Below, in pieces: positions 55,155 to 62,980 of a DNA stretch of 64,000 nt. This DNA comes from Clostridiales bacterium (lineage in GTDB: Bacteria; Bacillota; Clostridia; Oscillospirales; CAG-382). The stretch is taken from the NCBI GenBank assembly GCA_003343885.1, contig QAKH01000036.1, positions 2,167 through 66,166 of the forward strand. Direction: 5' to 3'. The notes under the pieces were generated by a model, which saw only the letters and a program-made list of their open reading frames with translations, did not search any database and was not told the DNA's origin. Positions within the stretch are counted from its first letter, which is position 1, and every line of letters begins with the position of its first letter. The translations under genes were made by a program, and so were the position numbers.

Positions 55155-56411
55155 ATGACTGTTATTGAGCTATTTGACGTATCGCCGCTGCAAAATCTGT
55201 CAGGCGCCTTGAGCTTTAAGGCGGACAAGATATACTTTTTAGGCTCCAACATAAAGAAAATGACCGAAAACTCGGAAGTTTATGAGAAAGTTATCCGCCG
55301 CTTCAATCCGATCGCCGAAATAAAATACGTTCCCATAAAAAAATATGATATGAACAATGTATCTGACGTTATCTGCAAACTTGCGGAAAATGAAAAACAG
55401 GTTATCATTGACGTTTCCGGCGGCGACGACTATGTGCTTGCCGGAGCCGGGATTGCCGCCTGCCGCTGTGAGGGAAAAGGAGTTCAGGCTGTGCACATAA
55501 GCGTACGCTCCGGAGCCTTTTCCTGTTATGGGAAACCGTTGTATTCACGAACGTTAGAAAAAAGAATAGATCTCACATGTGACGAGCTTATAAGTCTTCA
55601 CGGAGGCAAAATCGTCTACACGGACCAAAAAAAGAGCGGCACATACCGTTGGGATTTTGAATCGGACGGATTTGAAAAAGATGTACGTGCGATGTGGAAC
55701 ATATGTCGGGCTGACTGCCGGGCATGGAACAAGGCAGGAGCGCTGATGGGTGAACTTGAAAGCTTTGCAAATCCAAAAAAAGCTGAAGATGACCGCAGTC
55801 TTACCGTTAACACGAGCTACTATTCACTAAAGGAAAAAGGAAAACGCTATCTTGCCGACTCCCTTGACTCTCATTTGCTTCGCCTTTCTAAAGCCGGTCT
55901 TGTGCGTTCTTATGTAAACGACGGAAAAAACTTCGGATTTGAGTACAAAAGCGCGCAGGTAAGGCAGTGCCTTGTAAAGGCGGGCACTGTGTTAGAACTC
56001 ATGACCTATCTTGCGGCAAAGAGCGCAAGAACTAAAAAAGGTTTTACGGTGTATGACGACGCGTTAAGCGGAGTGGTGCTTGACTGGGACGGCAAAGTCC
56101 ACCTTGGGGCAAGCAGTGTTTTAGATACTGAAAACGAAATCGACGTACTTCTTGTAAAGGGCATGATTCCATATTTTATTTCATGCAAAAACGGTAACGT
56201 AGATGAAAACGAGCTTTACAAGTTAAGCGCTGTTGCCGCTCATTTCGGCATTAAATACGCAAAAAAAATACTTGTCGCAACGGATTTACAAAAGAACTAC
56301 TCTTCTCTTCAGCGCTTTATAGGGCGTGCTAAAGAGATGAATATCAAAATAATTGACGGCGTACACAAGATGACGTTCGCGGAATTTTCAAAAAAGCTTG
56401 CGAACGTATAA
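55155..56411 (+). CDS. Card1/Can2-like protein: CARF-like Rossmann N-terminal domain plus DUF1887-type PD-(D/E)xK nuclease-fold C-terminal domain
   Basis: N-terminus: VIELFDVSPLQNL...ADKIYFLGS and IIDVSGGDDYVLAGAG (compare the CARF ..TGGTK.. loop). C-terminus: AGTVLELMTYL, ENEIDVLLVKGMIPYFISCKNG, ELYKLSAVAAHFGIKYAKKILVAT. This matches the DUF1887 signature as I remember it. The ATG at 55155 follows AAAGGTGG. Confidence 0.6.
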   Translation: MTVIELFDVSPLQNLSGALSFKADKIYFLGSNIKKMTENSEVYEKVIRRFNPIAEIKYVPIKKYDMNNVSDVICKLAENEKQVIIDVSGGDDYVLAGAGIAACRCEGKGVQAVHISVRSGAFSCYGKPLYSRTLEKRIDLTCDELISLHGGKIVYTDQKKSGTYRWDFESDGFEKDVRAMWNICRADCRAWNKAGALMGELESFANPKKAEDDRSLTVNTSYYSLKEKGKRYLADSLDSHLLRLSKAGLVRSYVNDGKNFGFEYKSAQVRQCLVKAGTVLELMTYLAAKSARTKKGFTVYDDALSGVVLDWDGKVHLGASSVLDTENEIDVLLVKGMIPYFISCKNGNVDENELYKLSAVAAHFGIKYAKKILVATDLQKNYSSLQRFIGRAKEMNIKIIDGVHKMTFAEFSKKLANV

Positions 56412-56441
56412 GATTCCTGTACCGCTGTTTCGGAGAAAAAT

Positions 56442-57197
56442 ATGTCAAAAGATATACTCGACTTGGGGCAAAAAAACGAAGCTCAAAATGAGCGCGCACG
56501 CTCTGAAAATACCAAATCCATTCTTCCAAAAATAGAAATACTGCACGAGGAAAAACATTTTGCCGCAGTAATAAAGCCTGCCGGTATTATCTCTCAGGCT
56601 TCCTCCGGCGCTGACGAAAACTCCAAAAGAAGTATGGTGTCGCTTTTAAGCGCCGGGCTTTCTTCCCCGATATATCCTGTTCACAGGCTTGACAGGGAGG
56701 CTTTCGGCGTTATGATTTACGCTAAAACCAAAGCTGGCGCCGAAAAAATCAGCCGCTTAATTACTGACGGCTCTTTTGAAAAGCAGTATCTCACGGTAGT
56801 TGAGTCCGTTCCGGAGCCGGAGCGCGGAGAAATGGTTGATCTTTTGCTTCACGATTCCAAGAAAAACAAAAGCTACGTTGTGGACAGAGAAAGAAAAGGT
56901 GTGCGCAAGGCAATTCTTGAGTATGAAGTGTTAGGCAAAGCGCAGTACGCCGGGCGAACGCTGACGCTGATGAGAGTATTGCTTCACACAGGAAGGACTC
57001 ACCAAATAAGGGTTCAGTTTGCCTCACGCAAAATGCCAATAGTCGGCGATTCCCGCTACGGCAGCAGTATAAAGGCGCAAATGTGTTTGTGTTCATATAG
57101 AATTTCATTTATCAACCCTTTTTTAGGGAAGAATGTATCATTTCAAAAAGTGCCGGACGGCGAGTTTTTCAAGCTTTTTGGACTTGATGTATTGTAA
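56442..57197 (+). CDS. RluA-family pseudouridine synthase
   Basis: Catalytic-Asp motif HRLDREAFGVMIYAKT, and HTGRTHQIRVQF. 251 aa. Confidence 0.85.
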   Translation: MSKDILDLGQKNEAQNERARSENTKSILPKIEILHEEKHFAAVIKPAGIISQASSGADENSKRSMVSLLSAGLSSPIYPVHRLDREAFGVMIYAKTKAGAEKISRLITDGSFEKQYLTVVESVPEPERGEMVDLLLHDSKKNKSYVVDRERKGVRKAILEYEVLGKAQYAGRTLTLMRVLLHTGRTHQIRVQFASRKMPIVGDSRYGSSIKAQMCLCSYRISFINPFLGKNVSFQKVPDGEFFKLFGLDVL

Positions 57198-57270
57198 TTT
57201 TCGAAAACATATGGTAAAATACCGTAGGATAACAGGAAAAAGATAAAAAGGCATTGAAAGGAATGTAAAA

Positions 57271-58554
57271 ATGTTAGACATCAGGTTTGTCAGGGAAAAT
57301 CCCGACGTAGTAAAAGAAAATATAAGAAAAAAGTTTCAGGATGAGAAGCTTCCTCTTGTTGACGAGTGCATTGAAATAGACGCTAAGGTAAGAGCGCTCA
57401 AAGGCGAGGGCGACAATTTAAGAAGCGAAAGAAACTCCACAAGTACTGAAATCGGCTCTCTCATGCGTGAAAAGAAAGTTGAAGAGGCAAACGCAAAAAA
57501 AGAGCGTGTAAAGCAGATTAACGCACGTCTTGACGTCATAGAAAAGGAAGAAGCGGAGCTTGCCGAAGTACTGAAACAGAAAATGATGGTAATTCCGAAC
57601 ATCATTGACGATTCTGTACCGATAGGCCGTGACGACAGCGAAAACGTTGAAATACAGAAATACGGTGAGCCGGTTGTTCCGGACTTCGAAATTCCTTACC
57701 ATGCTGATGCCTGCGAGGCTCTCTCGGGACTTGACAAGGAAAGTGCCGGCAGAACAAGCGGAAACGGCTTTTACTACCTTATGGGCGATATTGCAAGACT
57801 TCACTCTGCAATGCTTAGTTATGCCCGAGATTTCATGATTGACAAGGGATTTACGTACTGTGTTCCGCCATTTATGATAAGAAGCGACGTTGTTACCGGC
57901 GTTATGTCGTTTGCGGAAATGGACGCAATGATGTACAAAATCGAGGGCGAGGATTTGTATCTTATCGGTACCAGCGAGCACTCGATGATAGGCAGATTCA
58001 AGGGACAAATTATAAAAGAGTCCGACCTTCCGCTCACTCTTACCTCTTATTCTCCGTGTTTCCGTAAAGAAGTGGGAGCGCACGGACTTGAAGAGCGTGG
58101 ACTTTACAGAGTTCATCAGTTTGAAAAGCAGGAAATGGTTGTACTTTGCAAGCCGGAAGAGGCAATGGACTGGTATAACAAGATGTGGAGCTACACGGTC
58201 GAATTTTTCAGAAGTCTTGACATTCCGGTAAGAACGCTCGAGTGCTGCAGCGGAGATTTGGCGGATTTGAAGGTAAAGAGCTGTGACGTTGAGGCATGGA
58301 GTCCCCGTCAGAAGAAGTATTTCGAGGTAGGTTCCTGCTCGACGCTCGGAGACGCTCAGGCAAGAAGGCTTTCCATTCGTGCAAAAGGCGAAAAGGGCAC
58401 ATATCTTGTTGCGACTCTTAACAACACAGTACTTGCTACGCCCCGTGGATTGATTGCGTTTATAGAAAACAACATCAATGCTGACGGCAGCATTCGTATT
58501 CCTGTCGCTCTCAGACCTTATATGGGCGGCAAGGAAATCATAAAGAAGAACTGA
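57271..58554 (+). CDS. serS: Serine--tRNA ligase
   Basis: N-terminal coiled-coil arm (MLDIRFVRENPD...) and class II motifs (FRKE.G..G...RGL.RVHQF.K.E, GSCS, RTLNNT-like). Confidence 0.95.
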   Translation: MLDIRFVRENPDVVKENIRKKFQDEKLPLVDECIEIDAKVRALKGEGDNLRSERNSTSTEIGSLMREKKVEEANAKKERVKQINARLDVIEKEEAELAEVLKQKMMVIPNIIDDSVPIGRDDSENVEIQKYGEPVVPDFEIPYHADACEALSGLDKESAGRTSGNGFYYLMGDIARLHSAMLSYARDFMIDKGFTYCVPPFMIRSDVVTGVMSFAEMDAMMYKIEGEDLYLIGTSEHSMIGRFKGQIIKESDLPLTLTSYSPCFRKEVGAHGLEERGLYRVHQFEKQEMVVLCKPEEAMDWYNKMWSYTVEFFRSLDIPVRTLECCSGDLADLKVKSCDVEAWSPRQKKYFEVGSCSTLGDAQARRLSIRAKGEKGTYLVATLNNTVLATPRGLIAFIENNINADGSIRIPVALRPYMGGKEIIKKN

Positions 58555-58648
58555 CAAATTTACACCGCAGAACAACATTTGAAAAAGATGTGTCATGTTC
58601 GCAATGATTTGTAGTTTTATGTAACAAAAAAGTAGTTGTTGCTTTTTA

Positions 58649-58683
58649 GGGAAAACCCCCGGCGAGGGTTTTCCCTCTTTTTT
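58649..58683 (+). terminator. Rho-independent terminator of serS
   Basis: GGGAAAACCC-CCGGCGA-GGGTTTTCCC followed by TCTTTTTT. Confidence 0.85.
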
Positions 58684-58814
58684 AGCCGCTTTGCGGCTAA
58701 AAAATTCACTCTTTCCTGCGCTTTTAGAACGAATAAGGTCTTTCGCCCTCTGCGGAGGGCGACGAGAGCTGCGCGCCCTCGACCGCGCCCGCTTTTCTTT
58801 CGAAGAAAAGCGGG
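58684..58814. other. Stack of further perfect GC-rich hairpins of unknown function
   Basis: AGCCGC-TTT-GCGGCT (flanked by T6 and A6), TCGCCCTC-TGCG-GAGGGCGA, GCGCG-N8-CGCGC, and CCCGCTTTTCTT-TCG-AAGAAAAGCGGG, all within 131 bp. Confidence 0.7.
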
Positions 58815-58845
58815 ACAAAAGAACTTGAATTTTCTTTTTTTCTGA

Positions 58846-61386
58846 GCGTCTTCGGAATATTCCCTCGCAGATGTATCTGCTTCAAGAGTAAGCTTTTCTT
58901 TTTTCCAGACTGATGAAAAGAAATTCGCTGTTCACCGCTGTGATGTTTATAAGAATTATGCGATTAACGAAATTTTCCTCGTGCCCGAAAGTTCGGCGCT
59001 TGCGGACTGGACGGTGACCGGCAGTGCTCAAGTCGCTCGTACCGGCGGACAGCGCTACAATGACTACAACAGTGCGCTTCTTGGTGGAAAATCATCCGCT
59101 AAGCAGACAGTCCCTCCGTTATCCGGATCTGTTGTGTTTGAGTGCTACATGCTGTTTCCTGAAAAAAGCGACTGCGGTTCGGTAAGCCTGCTCGGAAACG
59201 GCGTTCCTGCGGCAAAGCTTACAGTAAACGCCGACGGAGTGTTTAAGGCTGACGGAACCAAACTCAGACACCATACCAACAACATATGGCAGTGCCTGCG
59301 CATTGAAGCCGACACCGTTTCAGGCAAGGTCCTTTACAAGGTCAACGGCAAAAAAGTCGGTGAGTTCTCTTTTGACAATAAGGTTGATTATATAGACGAA
59401 GTACTTTTTGAGTCTGACAGCGGCAATGTTTACTTTGATGATGTAAAGCTGTTTTTGGAGCATGAATATGAAGATTACTGCCCGAAGCCTGTTCCTACCC
59501 CTGATGACGGATATGACGTAATCCTTAACATATGCTCTCTTTGACACGAAGGCTCTCACTCCGGCTGGGGCTGTGAGTCTGCATATCCTGATATTGAAAC
59601 GGCTCTCGGCTTTTATGATGAGGGTATACCTGAGGTCGCTGACTGGGAAATCAAGTTTATGGTTGAAAACGGCATTGACGTTCAGCATCTGTGCTGGTAC
59701 TGTCCGTCCGGGGACATAAACGAGCCGATAAAGAGGTCAAATCTAAACTGGGCGCTTCACGACGGATTTTTTAACGCAAAATATTCCGACATGATGAAAT
59801 TTACTCTAATGTGGGAAAACGGCGGCACGAATGTTCACTGCCTTGAACAGTTCAGGGAATACATCTGGAAATACTGGATGGACTACTATTTCACTGACGA
59901 TCGCTTCTACACTATTGACAACAAGATAGTCTTTACAGTATGGAGTTTCAGAAATTTCATAACCGGATTTGGGGGAACTCAAGAAGGCTGTCTTGAGGCG
60001 GTGGATTTCATGAACCGTGACGCAAAAGCCAACGGCTTTGACGGCGTTATGATTTTCTTTGCCGACAGTCACAGAACCGATGCCGAAACCTTTGATACCA
60101 TGGCAAAAATCGGAGGAACTGCGGCTTACGCTTACCACTGGCTGCAATTCGGCGTACATGCCTGCGACACTATCCCCAGGCTCCAAAAAAATCAGGATTT
60201 CAGAAAAATTCACATTGTTCCTACCGTTTCGGTCGGTTTCAACAATATCGGCTGGTCGGGCGTAAGGAAGCCCATGGCTTCGCTTGAGGATCATAAGGAA
60301 GTACTCGAATACATAAAGAACACATACCTTCCGGCTGAAAGCGGCTGGAAAGCAAGGACTCTCATCGTTTCCACATGGAACGAATACGGAGAGGGCACGT
60401 ATGTAATGCCTTGCAAGGGACTTCACGGATTCGGATATTTGGAAAATGTAGCCGAAGTTATTTCGGGAGTTACAGATCACTCATCAAACATTTATCCTAC
60501 TGAAAACCAGAAAAAGCGTCTCGGACACATGTACACCGGCAAAAAAACTTCTCTTGAGAGATTTGACATTGAACAACCGTATTTTGAACTTCCGGAAAAG
60601 CTTATTTACCGTGCGAGCGGCGCAGACATGGAGCCGGCTCTGCGCATAGACGAATACTCTATATCCGGCGACACCATTAAGGCTTCATCAACCAGCAATG
60701 ATTCATCTGTTGCGATAAGAAAAGACCGTAATTTCAAGCCGGTAAGCGCAAAAGATATCGGCGCTGTACGCATGGTCTTAAAATCAAACGTCGATGCTGA
60801 TGCCGAGTTGTTTTTCACAACAGATATTTGTACAGAGTTTGAGGGCAAAAACTGTTTGAAATTCAGAGTAAAAAAGTCAGACGATTTCACCGAATACGTC
60901 ATACCGACCGCAAGATTTTCCTGTTGGAAAGATGAAATAACGTCATTCAGGCTTGACATTCTTAATAAACCGGGTACTTTTGAAGTCAAATCATTTGAAC
61001 TGCTCGGACTTTCAGACAGACAAAAGCCTTTGACGCTGTACATAAATTCCGTTGAGTATTCACCGGTATTTCCGCCTGAAGTTGACGAAAAAGAAATATA
61101 TGTTGCCGCTGAGCCTGAGGCAGGATTTTTCGAAATGCACCATTTTTACTATGAATGGTCAAGATTTACCGGAAAGCTTTACATAGCTTACGGATATGAA
61201 AAAGACGCGGTATTTACTGTAGGTAAGGATATTGCCGTCATAAACGGAAAAGAAGTCCGTCTTGACAAAGCGCTTTCTCTGCGTGACGGACTGCCGCTAA
61301 TCCCCCTGCTTTTACTGTACGATTCCTTCGGAATTGAGTACAAGCGCGAAGGTAAAACACTTGAAGTGACTGCATCTGCAAACTAA
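58846..61386 (+). pseudogene. Probable pseudogene of a surface glycan-acting protein: ConA/LamG-like domain, WbsX-like glycoside-hydrolase-fold domain, beta-sandwich domain and a copper-amine-oxidase-like stalk repeat. It has no start or signal peptide and one in-frame TGA.
   Basis: The track ORFs 58981-59544 and 59659-61386 are in the same frame, separated only by the TGA at 59542-59544 (..NICSL*HEGSHSGWG..). The frame is protein-like back to the stop at 58843-58845 with no ATG or SD. WbsX-like blocks are MKFTLMWENGG, FTDDRFYTIDNKIVFTVW, VSVGFNNIGWSG and LIVSTWNEYGEGTYVMP. Confidence 0.55.
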
Positions 61387-61417
61387 ACTTCTAAACGTTG
61401 TTAAAACAACCGCATAA

Positions 61418-61476
61418 AAAAGCCCGCTGATACCGGTAAATATAAAAATCAGGGTATCAGTGGGCTTTATTTTTTA
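61418..61476. terminator. Bidirectional rho-independent terminator
   Basis: AAAGCCCGCTGATACC-loop-GGTATCAGTGGGCTTT flanked by AAAAAA and ATTTTTT. It lies between convergent gene ends. Confidence 0.8.
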
Positions 61477-61576
61477 CGGCTTTTTAAGAAAAATATATAC
61501 TTTTGCCGACCGGAACAATTTGCCAACCGTAAAGAACAATCCAAAAAATCAAACCAATCCGAAAAAAGCGTCAGTA

Positions 61577-62827
61577 TCAGCGACCACGAATTATATCGCC
61601 TTTTTTCATAGGAACCGTCATTTTAACTGAAAAAAGCATTTGCGGGTGCGGAGCCGAGTCGATTGGATTTCCTTTTTCGTCGCGCATGTCCTCCAATATA
61701 AACTCAACCGAGTCTTTTCCAGGAGACACAAGCTCGCAGACCTGACCGTTCACCGACTTGTTTCTCTGGCACAATACTGCACGTCCGTTTTCGGTATCTA
61801 CATCGGACACAGTTGACAGAAACGCTTTATCACGCAGGTATCCGCCGTCCGAGGATATCTGCGCGTTCTCCGAACAGTTATCGAAAAAGTAGCCTGTTGC
61901 GTACTCACGGTGGCTGACGCTTTCCAGTTCGTACAGACTCTTTGGATTAAAAACATAATTTTCCGGATCTCTTAAGTATGAGTTTAATTCGGTTTTATAC
62001 GCATTGGCGGTAACCGCAGTGTAGTACGCGCTTTTGACTCTTCCCTCTATTTTGAAACTGTCTATCCCTGCTTGCACAAGCTCCGGGATATGCTCAATCA
62101 TGCATAAATCTCTCGAACTGAACATAAATGTTCCACGCTCGTTTTCAACAAGCGATATTTTTTCCTCAGGACGCTTTTTTTCGAAAATCTCAGCGTACTT
62201 CTCTCCGTCAAAGTACTCCCAGCGGCACGGCTGTGCGCATTTTCCGCGATTTGCGTCCCTGCCGGCAAAAAAGTTCGATAACAGACACCGTCCGGAATAC
62301 GAAACGCACATTGCGCCGTGTACAAAGGCTTCAAGCTCAAGCTCATCCGGTATATTATCCCTTATCATGCGTATCTCATCAAGCGTCAGCTCTCTTGACA
62401 GCACAACACGTGTTGCGCCGAGAGAATGATACATTTTGCATGCTTCCGAATTGACTGTGCTTGCCTGCGTTGACACATGAATATCAATATCCGGCGCATA
62501 GCGTTTTGCAAGTGCAAGAACTCCAAGGTCTGATATAATAAGCGCGTCGGGGCGGGCTTTTTCGTTTAAGAAAGTTAAATATTCCGGCAGTGCGCCAATT
62601 TCGTATTCCCTCGGCATTACATTTACCGTAACGTACAGCTTTACCGAACGCTCATGACAGTACTTTACCGCCTGCACTAACTCTTCATCGGAAAAATTAT
62701 CCGAAGCCGCCCTCATTCCGAAGCTTTTTCCGGCAACATACACTGCGTCCGCACCGTAGAGCACTGCAAAAGTGAGCTTTTCAAAATTACCTGCCGGGGA
62801 CAATATTTCCGGTTTTTTTATTTTCAT
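61577..62827 (-). CDS. Peptidase U32 family protein
   Basis: PEILSPAGN...AV.YGADAVY, E.FVHGAMC.SYSGRC.LS, CAQPCRW. The ATG at 62827 follows AAAGGTG. Confidence 0.85.
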   Translation of the reverse strand: MKIKKPEILSPAGNFEKLTFAVLYGADAVYVAGKSFGMRAASDNFSDEELVQAVKYCHERSVKLYVTVNVMPREYEIGALPEYLTFLNEKARPDALIISDLGVLALAKRYAPDIDIHVSTQASTVNSEACKMYHSLGATRVVLSRELTLDEIRMIRDNIPDELELEAFVHGAMCVSYSGRCLLSNFFAGRDANRGKCAQPCRWEYFDGEKYAEIFEKKRPEEKISLVENERGTFMFSSRDLCMIEHIPELVQAGIDSFKIEGRVKSAYYTAVTANAYKTELNSYLRDPENYVFNPKSLYELESVSHREYATGYFFDNCSENAQISSDGGYLRDKAFLSTVSDVDTENGRAVLCQRNKSVNGQVCELVSPGKDSVEFILEDMRDEKGNPIDSAPHPQMLFSVKMTVPMKKGDIIRGR

Positions 62828-62980
62828 GTCAATATTCACCTTTTGATATTTTCTTTTTTGATATTTACTTATATCTCTTGTATCTCTCTTAAATTACGCA
62901 ATTATTTTTTACAAAACAAGGCGCACGCCGCACTGTGACGGCGAAACGCCTCGTTTTTCTGCCGGTTTCAGCTTTTATAT

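Noticed and set aside
57198-57270. A possible T-box leader upstream of serS, which is common for aminoacyl-tRNA synthetase genes in Firmicutes.
   Set aside because: The spacer is only 73 nt with no specifier or antiterminator architecture. A T-box needs about 200-300 nt.
57418-58818. A 466-aa ORF antisense to serS, the longest unexplained ORF in the track.
   Set aside because: It lies entirely opposite the well-supported serS gene. Its composition is low-complexity and Arg/Ser/Phe-rich, typical of a shadow frame. It has no SD and no recognisable domain.
58636-58845. A 69-aa ORF (MLLFRENPRRGFSLFF...) overlapping the hairpin stack.
   Set aside because: It is an Arg/Phe/Pro-rich translation of palindromic DNA with no SD. 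It is almost certainly non-coding.
58555-58980. A tRNA, SRP (scRNA), 6S or tmRNA gene after serS. In Bacillus, small stable RNA genes lie in the serS region.
   Set aside because: There is no T-loop GGTTCGAAT-type box, no SRP domain IV motif (..GGUCCGGAAGGAAGCAGCC..), and no long closing stem with a central bubble. The region contains only independent short perfect hairpins.
59542-59600. Selenocysteine recoding of the in-frame TGA, using a bacterial SECIS hairpin immediately downstream.
   Set aside because: Only a weak 5-bp stem (CTCAC..GTGAG, 12-nt loop) follows the TGA. The sequence context (..CSL-x-HEG..GW..) looks like a Trp position. The gene also lacks a start codon, which favours a pseudogene. 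I kept this as an alternative in the finding rather than as a call.
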